Part shown: piece by piece, positions 26,372-40,000 of the stretch
Position numbering within the stretch: the first letter of the stretch is position 1
Layout of the letters: the number at the start of each line of letters is the position of its first letter
Program-made: the position numbers and the translations under genes
Assembly: GCA_010093705.1 (NCBI GenBank)
Contig: MU006095.1
Span: 1,297,623-1,361,622, forward strand
Source: Patellaria atrata CBS 101060
Lineage: Eukaryota
DNA: 64,000 nucleotides
Reading direction: 5' to 3'
Notes under the pieces: generated by a model
Databases searched by the model: none
What the model was told of the DNA's origin: nothing
Seen by the model: only the letters and a program-made list of their open reading frames with translations

Positions 26372-26952
26372 GGTTGCAGTGTTTATAGACGATGTAAGTC
26401 TTGTATGGATTGCTCTGCTTTATGTGGTTTGGAAAGGTTTGAGAAGGAAGTACAATGTATGAGAGAGGAGTCGTTGTGGGTCTTGAAGGAAGTGTTTATG
26501 TGGAGAGGTGAAGAAGAAGTGCAGGCTGAGATGAGTTCTGTAAAGTAGAATTATGACGTGGAGGGAAAGAAGAGGAAGCTTGGAACAACCGTGCACGAGC
26601 CAAGGCATTTACTGTGCAGTGCAGTATCAACTCCTTTCCTCCAATTCATCCTTTTTCTCTAAAACTCGAAGAAGTACTGACCATCTTGAAGAAACACTGT
26701 CACAATATATCAACTAGATGGCCCAACTGATACATTTCTGAACCGTTTCTACAATCACGTCAGGTCAGGTACCGCAGCGTACTATGACCCGTGAAACCTG
26801 ATATGGGGAACGGCCTGGTCTAAAGAAAATATACGGGCACTCTTTAGCACTGTGCAGTGTATTTACCTGTGACGCGCCTGCGACGACCTGACCGCCCTGA
26901 TTGAAGAGGCTGCTGCACGATTACAGCTCTTCACACGTAATATTGTACAGCG

Positions 26953-26988
26953 GGAATCGTACCGGGAATCGTACCAGGAACCTGTACC
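26953..26988. repeat. Three 12-bp direct repeats (GGAATCGTACCG / GGAATCGTACCA / GGAACCTGTACC) in the BAP31-DUS3 divergent intergenic region
   Basis: Read directly. Confidence 0.6.
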
Positions 26989-27372
26989 TACGCGTCTTCA
27001 GCCATTTGTACGGACAGTAAATGCTCCCCGTGATAGAACGGTATAGTGTACATCTATACAAATAACAAGAAATCAATTCTTCACTTGATTGAAGGAACTA
27101 CATCATTAACAGTTTGCCGAAGATCAGCCGATATAAATTGTATCCTTTGCGATATTCTTCGACAATCTGCAATTGTGGCTACTGCTTCATAGTCGGAGGT
27201 GCTGTACTAAACACTGACTTTTTGCTCACGATTTTTCTCGTACACCTATTCTCTGGAGAATACAATCTCATGGATTTTGATTGCTCAAACACACACTCAT
27301 TTCTTAATTAGTCATATCTCTTCCGGTTTAGAATCTATTTGTCTCAAACCTCCATACTTCCATTGTCAAGTC

Positions 27373-29785
27373 ATGGAATCAAATCTTCAGGACAACCTGG
27401 AGTCCGCCACTTTAAAACGTTCGGCAGAAACACAGCCAGAAATTTCTACTAGAGAGCAACAATTTGCCACCGCGGAAGCTCAATTAGACGGCTCACCGGC
27501 CAAGAAGCCAAAGATGGAGAATGGCAGTTCTGATACAGGTCAAGGGGAGCAGCAAGATAGGAGAAAAGGAGTAGCTCCCATCAAGGCTGAGTATGCTATT
27601 AATTCCTCAAATTGCCCCGCTTCTAAATCCCATCCTGTGTCTCACGTGCCTTCATTTATATAGCTCTGAATGTTACTAAACAATCCCAGATTTCTCGTCC
27701 ATGGCCTCAACGCGGTTTCCACCCGTGACGACATAGTCGATGATGACGCTGCTGAAGCTTCTGGATACGACCCACCGCCCAATGACCGCTCCAAGGACCG
27801 CTCGAAGAACAAATATCAGAAGAAACCCAAGGGACAAAACACCAGCCGTAGTTTCGGAAGTTCTCGCGACACGCTCCAACTATGCTCATCCCGGGCCCTC
27901 TCATCAGAATTCAGTCCCTTAGACTGTAGATTTGGTGAAAAGTGTAAGTTCGAGCACGACCTTCGGAAGTATCTCAGCGAAGGTAAACGCTCAGACCTTT
28001 CTACCTTCAATGGTGTTTGTACCGTCCATGAGGCCAGGGGTTGGTGTCCCTTTGGCTGGAAATGTCGATTTGCGGGATCTCATTCCACGGAGCGAGAGAC
28101 CGAGGACGGACGGAAGGAGCTCGTGCTGATCGAAGACGAAACACGTAAGGCGCTGGTAGAAAACGGAGGAGCTCCTGATGGTGAAGTAGGCGTTGTCAAT
28201 GTCGTGAGTTCGCAGGCTAAGATAGACCTCGAGAGACGACGGACCAAGACGCCCAAATCGGATGCATATCTCGAATGGTTAGCAAAACACTCTGCGGACT
28301 TCGACCGGCGTCCCACCGACTCCGACGAAAAGAAAGAAAATGGTGCCCAAGAACCCGATATCGTCATGGACGACCAAGAGGACACCAAAACCGCCCACGA
28401 AGAAAATCGGGCCCGCTTCACAGACCCACCTCTCCTCCCATCCGAAAAGCGCCGCATCTACTACGGTCCCGAAACGCCCATCCTCGCACCCCTCACGACC
28501 CAAGGCAACCTCCCCTTCCGCCGCCTCTGCGTCTCTCTCGGTGCCCAAATCACCTGGTCCGAAATGGCAATGGGGCTCCCACTTCTCCAAGGCGAGAAGA
28601 CCGAATGGGCACTCATGAAAGCGCACGAATCCGAACTCGCATCTCCTAAGTTCAATCCCAGTAATCCTTCGAGTGTAATCGCGGGTTACGACAATAGCAA
28701 GGATTTGCACTTCGGTGCCCAAATCGCTGCAAACAAGCCTTGGCTAGCAGTCAAGGCCACAGAGGTCTTAACGGCGCTATGCCCCCACCTCCGTGCCATC
28801 GACCTCAACTGTGGTTGTCCCATCGACCTCGTTGTCCGCTCGGGGGCGGGGTCTGCTCTCCTCGATAACGGCGGCAAGTTAGAGAAAATGCTCCGAGGCA
28901 TGAACCTCGTCAGCGGTGAAGTCCCTATCACGATCAAGATCCGCACCGGCACCAGGGACAACAATCCCACCGCTCACAAGCTCGTCAAACGGCTTGTCCT
29001 GGGAGGGCAGGAGGCGCTGGATGCAGGCGAGGGCGCCGCGGGCGTGGCCGCCGTTACTCTGCACGGGAGGTCAAGACAGCAGAGGTACACCAGGAGCGCA
29101 GACTGGGAGTATATCGGCGAATGTGCGGCGCTTATCAAACAACTCCAAAAAGAGCACGACGAACTCGCCGACACGGCCCGGGAGACGGACGCGAGATACC
29201 TAGCCAACGGCGGCAAAGTCTACTTTATCGGCAACGGCGACGTCCTAAGCCACGTCGATTATAACACCCACCTCACCGGAGCGAACGTCGACTCTGTCAT
29301 GATCGGCCGCGGCGCCCTCGTCAAACCCTGGATTTTCGAGGAGGTAGAAGCGCAGCAGTATCTGGACAAGTCCTCTTCTCAGCGACTTGAATATGTCGAG
29401 CGCTTCGCCAAGTTTGGCCTCGAGCACTGGGGCTCGGACGAAGTCGGCGTCGGCAATACGAGACGCTTTCTGCTCGAGTGGTTGAGCTTCAGTAGGAGGT
29501 ATGTCCCGCTTGGGTTGCTGGAGCATTTGCCGCCGAGGATGCAGGATCGGCCGCCGAGGTTCAGGGGAAGGGATGACATGGAGACGTTGATGGCGAGTGA
29601 TCACTATAAGGATTGGATCAAAATAAGGTGAGTGCTAGTTCTCGTCGTGGGGTTTCGAGCTTGATATACGTGTATGCTAATGTGTACGCTGTTGCAGTGA
29701 GATGTTCCTGGGGCCTGCACATCCGAATTTCAGGTTCGAGCCGAAGCACAAGTCGAACAGTTACGAGATCGAGGCGGAGGGATAA
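27373..29785 (+). CDS. DUS3: tRNA-dihydrouridine(47) synthase Dus3. Introns 27591-27689 and 29628-29697
   Basis: [15 protein letters not shown] fingers ([25 protein letters not shown]); [37 protein letters not shown]; spliced C-terminus [23 protein letters not shown]. Confidence 0.95.
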
Positions 29786-30321
29786 GGATAAGTAGACTGG
29801 CGGAGCGGAGCGGAGTTATTATAGCTACGAAACTCTCCCAAAAAGCCTCCAGCGGTGGAATACTGGGTGGTAGCTGCGGCTAAAAAATATCGAAAAAAAA
29901 CTTTTCTACTATCACTTTCCGTGGAAGTAGCTAACAGTCAACGAATATTTCTTACGGAAGAAATGGTATAAGAATATCTAAGTTTCGAACGAACGTGTTC
30001 TTGATAGATAAAGCTCCCCACCCACACGGGGCGAAACCCTGAATATAAAATCGCTTGTTATGGTTCGGTTAAAATGGGGTCCTGTAGCTGTACTGTATAA
30101 GGACGTATACATCTACACACCACTACGCTTATACTCTACAGCTTTCTTAGCTGTCTATACGCAACCTGATTATTTTGGGAAAATGTGTGCCCTGCGCCAC
30201 TGGGTTATAGCACAGCTTAATAGATAGCATATTTTGAAGTTCTGCATAGCTCTGATGGACTGAAGAGTTAAGCCAAAAGGATTACACGCGCAGCGATTCA
30301 TGCACAGGTGTTTGCAGAAAA

Positions 30322-30900
30322 TCACAGCGCAGCGAAGCAGACATGTGAGAGAAGCAGGGTTGAAATAAACTTTTGGATTACATGATCAGATATATGGATG
30401 CCTCCTATATGAATAGTATAACTACATTTGCTGTGGTAATAGTAGACAGAACTCAAACATCGGTTAGGCAACGTGATATTTTGAGTTTTGAAGCCACGCA
30501 AGACCATATTGATTGTTTTAGTCTCTCCGCGGAAGATGTGCGTGATACTTTTCTCGTAAGAGAAGCTTTTGAATCCAAGAATGTTGGCCAATCGCGGATA
30601 CGGCGCTGCAAGCCGCGCGGTTGCAATTGGCTTCGGGGGGGTTTGGAGGGTACGATAGAGTGGTAATATGGAGGCGGCAAAGTGTTCTGGGAAGGATGGT
30701 TAGTGAGCCGTGTGGCTGCCTAAATGCGTTATGTGCTTCATCTGGGCATACTTCCGCCTCCTTTATCAAGTTTTCTTCTGCATGATGTTAGCGGATTATT
30801 TGCTAGGATAGTTCTTAATTACCCCTGAGAATCGAGATAGATTGATAGATAAGACATTTGAATTCTCGGGGATTTTCTGTCTAGACATGATGAATGAAGA
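30322..30900 (-). other. Possible spliced orphan gene or decayed gene; reading frame unresolved
   Basis: Two well-formed minus-strand introns, 30822-30778 (GTAATT..GCTAAC..CAG) and 30751-30686 (GTATGC..ACTAAC..CAG), flank a 26-nt exon. No recognisable domain. Confidence 0.35.
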
Positions 30901-31838
30901 TCGAATCTGCGTCAGGTCTCTGTTGGCCTGTAAAAACAAAGGGATGCCCCAATAGGGTTCTTCCACGTGATAAGATTTCCTTTGCCCAGTAGAGTAAGAA
31001 GTAGCCACAGCATGTGAATTGATTAGACAGAAGGATATCTTATTGTCGTGTGGAGCCCTGGATGGGTCTTAAACTGCGAAGTCCAGGATGTTGATGATGC
31101 GCTCTGACAATATAGGTGGAGCTTTAACCTCTACAGCGCGCTAGCATATGTTGTGTGTTTCTGCAAGAGTCCCGGAGCCACTAAACGCGTTTGTATCCTT
31201 GACCATGTACAGAAGGACGCAAGGAAAACTGCAAGGCCATCAGTGTCCGTAAAGGGCTTGACTCAGAGAAATAGCGAGAGTGGCCTTTTTTCGTCCGTGA
31301 GATGCTTATCGCTGGCGCGGACAAATTGATATGCGACTATGCATTGCAACTGGGGTGACAAGCACGTCACCAGATCAAGCAATCGTATCGCAGTAGTCGC
31401 CGTCCGCTAAACGATGATCTGATGCACTGTAACTCGTTACTCTCTCGCCATCTTCGCCGTTCGATAGTTTAGTTGTACGTCGAAGTCCCGGGATTGTAAC
31501 TGCTAGGCTTCCCTTGTCTGTCAACATGCAAGCTGCAGCCATCCGCACCACGTCACCTCCACCTTGTATCACCTAGGTGACCTGTCATCCCAGCGCAGGG
31601 TGCGGGTGTAATGCTACATGCAACAAGCGGGTATGCAGCTGTCATGTCATTTTAAGGCGAGTTAGGGAATTCTCTCGTTGAATGCTTTTGAGGGAATTGA
31701 GTGGCGTACGGGTCCAAGTACAGTACGGGTACAGATTCTCAATATGGCTGTGATTGATGGTGTGAGTGTGGTACAACCAAGAAGAGATTAACGGGTAAGT
31801 GATAACAGAAAGATTGAGCTTGTTGAAGTTTGAGTCCT

Positions 31839-33155
31839 CTAAACCAGGAAGGTCCAGAAGCTGGGGTAGACGAATTCCTCCTCGAAGAGGCGTCGTACTT
31901 GGTCCAGTACAAACTTCTCGACTTTACCAACGTTTTTTAGAACAGTCTTTCCGTTCTCCTTCTGACCAATTTCGCTTTCCACGCGGATCTCCTCGAGAAG
32001 TCCGCCAGGTTTTGACCTTAAATGCTCCTGTGGTTGGCGATAGCCGAAGCCTCCCACTTCAGGCTCAGAGTTAGACTCGGCACCGACGAGAGCGTCTGCA
32101 TCGTCTGGAGATAGAAAACAGAAATGTGCTCTTTTTTTAGTGTATGCTAGGATTGCTACACCATCGAACGACAAGCCTGTGATGTTGAGTTTTAAAGGAA
32201 TGCCGACAAAACTAGGCATAGGATAATCAAGTAGAATTTCTGCAGTCAGTGATAACTTGACATCTCCGTTATACTTAACTCGAGCAACGACTTGAAGGTC
32301 TTCAGGATTTCTCTCACGCATGCGGAGCGGGGGAGAGGATGGCGGTGAGTTCTGATTTTCATCATGAATAGGGTCTTCTTCCAGATTCAATCTTGGATCT
32401 CGTAGGCTCGGCTCATATTGATGTTGAGAAGTTGGTCGAGAACTCGGATCATCAATTGAAGGTGCCAGGGAATTCAAGGGTCTGGATTGATAACGCAAAT
32501 GCGCCGAATCTGGCGTCTGGATAGGATGATGTGGATGATGGCTGTGGTGTTCTGACCAACCATTATGGAATTGCGCGCCTGCCACAGCCGCGAGTGGGGT
32601 AGAAGTACCTGATATACCAGCACTTAAGGGAAGATGAAAGTAATTGAGATTCGATGTTCCCCCAGGTATACCAGGCGTCGGTGCTCTGGAGAGTATGGGA
32701 CTGCCAAGTTGGTCTGCAGATAAAAGAGTGCCACGGAGGCCTGGAAGCCTCGTATCAATGTACGGTCCGGGTCTTAGATTGTTCGATAACGACGGTCCAC
32801 CAAGTCCATCTCGAGAGGGAGTTTTGGACTGCAGCTGATCCTGAAGTCGACGTTCTCGCAATGACTTTGCAGACCGTTCATGTGCTGCGTCATCCTCGAC
32901 GGTGGTGGATATTCCGGCTTCATTGTCTACATCCTCGTCATCCTCATAAAAGTCCGACAGAGGATCACATATATCCTTGAGTTCGACCTGTGGAGCTACT
33001 TTACCAAAGTCGAAAGAGTGGACCTTAACAGAACGGATGAATCGTGGGAGGGTCACCTGCTGAAATTTGTCATGAATGAAGGCACGAATGGTCTCGGCGA
33101 GAGCGAGTCCATCGGGGCCGTCGGTGAGAGTTTCCCAGTTGATATCAACTGACAT
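31839..33155 (-). CDS. MDM12: ERMES complex subunit Mdm12 (SMP domain)
   Basis: [81 protein letters not shown]; terminal [10 protein letters not shown]. Confidence 0.96.
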   Translation of the reverse strand: MSVDINWETLTDGPDGLALAETIRAFIHDKFQQVTLPRFIRSVKVHSFDFGKVAPQVELKDICDPLSDFYEDDEDVDNEAGISTTVEDDAAHERSAKSLRERRLQDQLQSKTPSRDGLGGPSLSNNLRPGPYIDTRLPGLRGTLLSADQLGSPILSRAPTPGIPGGTSNLNYFHLPLSAGISGTSTPLAAVAGAQFHNGWSEHHSHHPHHPIQTPDSAHLRYQSRPLNSLAPSIDDPSSRPTSQHQYEPSLRDPRLNLEEDPIHDENQNSPPSSPPLRMRERNPEDLQVVARVKYNGDVKLSLTAEILLDYPMPSFVGIPLKLNITGLSFDGVAILAYTKKRAHFCFLSPDDADALVGAESNSEPEVGGFGYRQPQEHLRSKPGGLLEEIRVESEIGQKENGKTVLKNVGKVEKFVLDQVRRLFEEEFVYPSFWTFLV

Positions 33156-35031
33156 TGAATTTTCCGTGATGAAGTTGATATAGGAAGGTCGGATGCCGAT
33201 AGCGTTTTCCAGTTATGATGAACAGATGGAAGGCTGCGGTTCCATGGGCCAAGAATAAGTTCCAAGGGTGATCCCCATCTTCTAGATCCTGTCAACTTGG
33301 CATCAAAAGGAAAATCTACGGAAAATCTCGCAGTGTGGGAAATCTGTCGCAGGGCTAACAGGGGCAATTGTTATTGAGGAATTGACTCCCTTGTTCGCTG
33401 CGATAATAACCTCCACTTCTGTTCGAGAGAGTACTCGTAGAAAAATAAAACATTCTAAATTTATGGCAAAGTCGCTAATGTTCGTATCTTTCTTTCATAT
33501 CCAGATGCTTGAGTGCCTGAGGAAGGGCTTAAATTTTCGCTTGCGCATCTCCTCTCGCCACACAGCCAGCACTGCAACACCACCACTTCACTCCACTTCA
33601 TCTACACATTCATCGACACAGGTATCATTACAATCTTCTCATTGTCCAGATAGATTGATCTCGCTCAGTACAATGTGGGCCCGCAATATGATGTGCTTTT
33701 CATTGCGCCTCTCCACCTCACAGACTGGGAGATACTTGCTTGCTCCATGCATCGAACGTCGGACCGGAGATGCTCTACGAAAGCAGACAGCGATTGCTCA
33801 ATTCGGTTCAACTCCAGATGTATAGAGCTTTATCGTGGATGTCAGACCGGGGAAGCTTTCAACTTGCCTTGGTGAGGTACAGTATCCGTACAGTACGCAT
33901 CAAAATGATCGTCGATCTCCGATATTTTCTTTACCCCAGCATAGAAGATCTCTCGAAATTCGAAAACATGCTCTCAACCAAGTCACAAGGCAATCTGTGC
34001 CGGAAGAAAGATGAAAAGTCGTATACATTCTGATTGGCTATATATAAGGGGACTTTATGACCTGGTCTTCCGAATTTAAAGAAGCACTATCCGTCGATCA
34101 TTGTGCATTGGTTAAATTGTAGAGTTCGAGATTATTGTTCCTTTTCACGTGCGACCGATAATAGCGTCTGATATAGGGGTCGCCTCAAACTGTCCAAGGT
34201 TATCCGTCGTGTCTCAGCATGTCTCAACCGTTATTTATCTCCGCACTTGCAAAACGCCTCAAAGACGAAGTTCCTGTTGGTCACAGTTGGTGGCTTACGG
34301 CCCGTTCCTGACGGAAGATCGAAGCTTGAGAGCAAGACATACCGTAATCCTCATCCGCATGTTTCATAGGTGAAGTTGTTCTGCTGCTGTTGTTTCTTCG
34401 GCTTGCAGGCCATTCCTTCTCAGCATCATCCCAACCATTATCTTATATATCATGTCTCAGGAGGCTCATATTTCAAAGCAATATCGGAACTATTCTTGAC
34501 CATTTGAGCTGTGACCTTCGGAATTTACCCTAAGGAATTGGTTCAAAGTGTGTTTATGACTAGTGTGGTTTCTCGAACGGCACGGTTATGAGTTTCAACA
34601 TGTCTTGTGTTCCCAGTCAAGTGACAGCGGGATTATGCATATGTTAATAACGGCGATACGCCATCATCGCCTTACGAGGCGGAAGCAGCTCCATTTGAGA
34701 GGAGAAAGGGTACGAATTGAAATCCTCCCCCCTGGCTTGCGACTGGAACTCCATGACCGTTCTTGTACTGTACATGATGCTGTACGATGGATTGAAGGAA
34801 CAATAATGAATAGTCGCAAGGATTGATGTCTGATCTTCGCCGTTGCATAGCCGTATGCGAGCACCCGGCTGACTGCCGCAAATACCTCAGCGAGCAGACG
34901 ATTGGCGAGAATCTTGCAGTATCTCTAGTAAGGTCGAGTGAGCAATGGTTGGTTATTTTAACCGCGGGTAATATTTGTTTACTGGCTTTTACTACTCAGA
35001 GTGCCTCTCGTGCTACCTGGGCGTTGAACAA

Positions 35032-35090
35032 CCTTGAGCCTTGAAGCCTTGAGGTGTCAAAAGTGTCAACCGTGTCAACCGTTTCAACCT
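35032..35090. repeat. Short tandem motifs: CCTTGA x3, then GTGTCAA/GTTTCAA x4 at 9-bp period
   Basis: GTGTCAA at 35054, 35063 and 35072; GTTTCAA at 35081. Confidence 0.65.
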
Positions 35091-35826
35091 GACAAGCGTT
35101 CAAAGAAAAATCCCTAACTTGGCAAGTAGCATCCACGTAGGAAACGCAGGAGTTACCTGAAAGGTACGGGTACAGTTAAGGTATCTATTCGGTCCATTAA
35201 AGCTATCCCTCCCTTTTCAACCGCAAGGTACCTGAAGGTAGGTATACCGTTATCAAGAAACGAAGTAAACGCTCAACCTGCAAGCCCCGTCAGCCGTCTG
35301 CCGGCACTCTTCCCTGGTACAAAGAAATATTACTCGATTTAACACAGGACACAAAAAGTCCTACATGTCCATTACCCAGTATTAGCCCAACCTCGCCGAA
35401 TGTTTCATCCTAGCGGAAAGCTGTTACTAGCCTGGAAGATCATGTATGCCAACCGAACAACCAATTGCTGCCTTAAAAAACTCACTCGCATTATGAGTGT
35501 TTGGTCGAGCTTTGGGAAAACAATGTTGAGGGATAATACAGAGCTCGAAAATCCAATTCATGCCCGGTCCTTTATCAAACGCCGGATCAAATGCCCCCCC
35601 TCTCCCCCTTTCCTTGGGGAATAACCCGCTTTACCATCCAACGCCGACACTTTTGTTTCCCATGACGCCGCTAATGCTCGTACCTTCAGTCCAGAGGTTT
35701 GACAAGACCGACCCTGCTCCAAAATGTGTCAAGTTGCGCCGCGTGAGAAATGTAGTGAACGTCCCGCGTTTCTAATCTACGATGTCCGTTTCGCGTGACA
35801 CCGATTGTCATAAGATGTCGGCCGGA

Positions 35827-36079
35827 TCAGGTCTACTCGGTAACACGCCGAACGAACCACGGTTAGCTCAGTGTAACTATGACACCGCGAACAAGGCGGA
35901 ACCACGAGGTAAAGGGGGAAACGTACCTGACAGCCGTTATCGCAACTATCACATCTGTCTTCATGTTTGACGTGCTTTACGTTCATCACTCCGCAAGGGG
36001 CCGTTCTCGACGAGGCGCACTCTGCCAACATGATGGTCTGGTGGCCACAGGAGAAAGTATGGACGACTTTGTTGCACAT
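35827..36079 (-). CDS. 52-aa Cys/His-rich putative zinc-binding microprotein MCNKVVHTFSCGHQTIMLAECASSRTAPCGVMNVKHVKHEDRCDSCDNGCQT. Intron 35926-35833
   Basis: ATG in CAATATG context after a C/A-rich leader; TATAAAA on the minus strand at 36423-36417; intron GTACGT..GCTAAC..TAG followed by ACC TGA; regular C-x8-CGH-x7-C-x7-C-x13-CxxC pattern. Confidence 0.7.
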
Positions 36080-37007
36080 ATTGAGAGATTGGTGAACTCG
36101 TTGGTGGGCTCCTGATATTGGAAAATTCGATTGAACTTTGACTTCGAATGGTCAAGGGGTGAGCGAAAATGAGGCGAGGGGAGTCTTTGTGAGCCAATTG
36201 CTTTGGAGGGAGACGGATTCGGTTAATGTTGGAGGTAGCCAAAGCAGCAAGATAGGCAGAAAACGAAGCAGTTCGGACGGAATACGGGCCTATGAGATGG
36301 TCGGTTCAAAGGCTAGGAGGAATTTCGAAGCTGGTGAGGAATGAGGATAAAATTTCAAGGGGGGAACAGAAGTTGACCGAAAATCATACCTTTTGCGTTT
36401 TTGGTGATGGAGGGAGTTTTATAGAGGCATTATGAGTAGCCCAAGATGACGGTACTTTCTGGTGATTTAATAGATTATTGCCGTTTGCACCATCAAGTGC
36501 GACAGTGCTGGACGGCCGTTGGATCCACGCGGGAAGGCAAGGACATGTATGTATGTACGGGCCATTTCGAGGTGACAAGGAACACAGGGCCAAGAAGAGC
36601 AAGTAGCAATCCTGTGCAGAAGAGTTGAGTGTGCAGAGAGCTTCCTTTGCACCCACCCCCCGGAAGATGGCCTGTACCGGTAAGGCATGTCCATAGGGGG
36701 TGAGCGAAAGACTTGAGGAGGCAAAGACTCTTGCTCCATGGCTGAAATGATTAGAATGGCTGTGGGAAAGGCCAATGATTATGCCGGAGTCTGTTTAGCG
36801 GCAGTATTGGCTCGCTCTCTCGCAGAAAACTGAACGAGTTCTGCAAGACTTCGCAGTTTTCCGCGTACTGTACCTAGAACTACCTGAAGCGTGACTTTGC
36901 CAACTTGCTAACATACACACAGTTTACGTTGCCAGAATGAGCATCAAAACTTGTTTGCTAAAAGCTTCTTCCACCTTGAACATCTGACAGGATGGCAGTT
37001 CATGGCA

Positions 37008-37044
37008 CTCAGTGTGCTCGGTGTGCTCAGTGTGCTCAGTGCAC
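37008..37044. repeat. 9-bp tandem repeat (GTGTGCTCR) x3 plus partial copies
   Basis: Read directly. Confidence 0.7.
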
Positions 37045-40000
37045 ACAAAGGCCACCTTGGACCAATCCCCCTCCCGCGGTGATTTATCTTTTTTTTTCAA
37101 TTTGGCCACATCCACTCCACCACCCTCTCAAGTTTACGGATGCATTAATTGCGTATGTGCCACATTCAAATCCGCGCATAACTCAAGCAAGACTAGCAAA
37201 CGTCGAGTTGAGATACTGTGCCTCGTACTGAGACAGAGCCAACGCGGAAACGCTGGCCTCCACCAGGGTTAATATGCGGGATACCCGGTCAATATCGAAT
37301 ACTTGTTGCTTCGAGAAACGAGGGTTAAAATGGCAAAAGTCAGGTAAGGGCAAGCTCTCGATATAATCACAACCGATGGAACCATTCAATAACAGTGACG
37401 ACTTGGAACTTCTTCCGGCCGCCGTTGAAAGCGCTTCCGCCATCCACTTTCCCCCGCCGTTCTTCCACAGAGAGTACGGCGATCAGCGTGTTCCTGTTCC
37501 TTTCCGGGTAACTCGTCACAAGTTGAGTTCCATCTCAGATCGTCCAGCCCTGTGACGCCTATCTTTCATCTACTTCCGTATCAAAACGAGCAACGAAGCA
37601 CGACTGCTCAGCAAAGGAGGTAGCCCAGAATCTCCAGAAACTCTTGGGCCTTATGGTGAGTTAGTTTCAGTGGACTTGGACTGCTTGACGTTCCGCTTTG
37701 AGCTATAGACCTGTTGCTCAATGCTCAATGCTCACGGCTTTTCTTCTTGGACCGATTCTACTCTTGACTACTCATCCCTCAACGTGGTCCTTCCTCAGCC
37801 TAGCACAGGGTGTTTTGGACCTTTTGATACGTATGAGGAGTAACTAATCCAGGGTTTCGCTTCATTACTTCCCCCTCTTCGCTCTCTTACCCAAATCTTC
37901 CTAGTACCTCCGCACATGGCACCCTTGCACCCTCTTCTGGGTGCTACAGCAGAGACGGTGACACTGCTGGACTTGAGCAGTGTCATGGACGAGTGGACTG
38001 AGGAAGACAGATATTTACCGCGTCAATACTCAGAAGGTAAGTCTGTCAGTCCCATCAAATGGTTTCATCGCGTGTAACATAGACCGGCGGTCCGCCCTTA
38101 CATATAAACATCCGTGCGTCTATACACTAAAATACAGTGGAGAACAGCGTCTGTTTTGCAAAACTTGTCCATACGAATTGAGGTGATCTCCTTTAGGGTA
38201 CTCTCGGCTTCTTGCTTCAACTGCCTGATCTTCCTTTCACAGAGCGCGGAGCGGACCTGACTGCATATCAAAGTCAGCAGATTTCAACATGTCATGGTCA
38301 AACAGTCGCGCGGCCAGTGGCAGGGCTCTCTCAAGCGCTGTGCTACGAATTATTAAAAACGGTCAGCTGGGGTTTAACCTGGAATTTCAACAACGGCTTG
38401 CATCCGGCCTCAACGGTAGAGCATCCGAGGCGATCTTTTGAAGTCCTTATCTGCTTTAGTTATGGAGCCTAATAAGCAGCCAAGAGATGACCTCTCGTAA
38501 GACCAACCGAGACAACATAATGATCCTCACCCTTACTGCTTGTATACTGTATAGATATCGATATATCTGACGTTCTGATATCCTTTTGAGATTTTGACAG
38601 ATATGCTCTACGCTAGTGGAACAAGCTATACTGGCTTCTCCACAATCGGTGATTGTTGATAAATCAAGAGACAATCAATCTATAATATCTGCAGGGTCAT
38701 TACTCATTCAAGCGTTCTTTTTATGGTAACGAGGCAAATCCAAGGTGGAGTAAATCTGGCAACGATCAATATCATTTGAAGCGGTAACAACCCGGAATAG
38801 ATCATCTGCGTCACAGACCTCTTGATGGCTGTTTCAGCATATACATGTACCTAACAGTACTCAAGTCAGTGGAGATAAAAGCCGTAACGCCATGGTTGAT
38901 CAGTCCACCAGTGATGCGCCACATAGAAAATTACGACAATAATGGAACCGGAGGCAGCGGAAAGACCAAGATGGATGTTCCAGGCCACCCCTCTTAACAC
39001 GACTTGCGCCAGAAGATTTCACATCAAACTGATGACGATGACGAGGAGGGTGGTGGTGGGAAGAAGAGGAATGATTGTATAATCCCAACTTTCAGCTCGG
39101 ATCCTACATTGACCGTTATCATCTTGTGATATCAACTCCTCTACTCAAAGGAGAATCTGTATCATGCGGATTGATGACCATTATCCCTCGGCATAATATT
39201 AAGCGGCTTCCTAAATGTACGGAGCACTCATCAAGGTTCCTATAAATTTTCTGGAGGCGCCGGATTTCGCCGCGCACATAGAACTAGGTAAAGGTACCGT
39301 AAGGTAAGTAAGGTAATGCCATGACCTCGGTTGTTCTTAACCTTGATAGCTCCTTCTCATCGAAGAAATCTCGGATTCTCTATGTTCCTTTCCCTCTCGT
39401 TTCATGATTTTCACCGTTGAAACCTCAAAAATCCTTTTTATCTTTTTCTCTCAAACAAAATAGGTGGGGAGTTCCAGGCTTCCAACAGCCACCTCACGGC
39501 TACGGTCCGCTGCTAACCGTCCGAGATAGCGCGGGAACAACAGCGGGGCATCCTTCTTCCATCTGCAAGCCAATAATGAGACAGTTGGACAATTCCTTTT
39601 TGAAGGCGAAGGCAATGATGATGCGATCGCCCTCCGTAAAACTGTCTCGATTTGTTGACTATGTCACCTCCTTGAACTCGTATGCGGCCTTGACGCTGGA
39701 AAGTTGGGCCTCCACAACTTTCTTCTGCGCTGTCGATCTGTTTACACGCGAATAGAGCACCGAGATGGCCCTCCAGGTCTGGCTCTATGAGCATATGACA
39801 ACGCCACGACTCAGGGTATGCGAGCAGTTTGAGAGCGCCCAATAGCTTAACTGGTCATAAGCAATAGACCAAATGTCTTCAAACCCGGTTTTACCCTGTT
39901 CTTCGGAATGGACGAAGGGCTCGGAATAAGGTACGCGAGAGCCCTACTCTCATATGTTTGGAGCTTCCCCAGTTCCCCAGATACTGGCAGAGTACATGAT

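Noticed and set aside
27676..29604. Many long antisense or shifted ORFs over DUS3 (also over NGG1, the amidase and catalase)
   Set aside because: Shadows of GC3-rich coding sequence with no domains.
30000..30042. CCCC...GGGGCGAAAC stem resembling a hammerhead ribozyme
   Set aside because: No CUGANGA core and no stems I/III.
33382..34033. Overlapping plus-strand ORFs divergent from MDM12
   Set aside because: No coherent spliced frame or recognisable motif.
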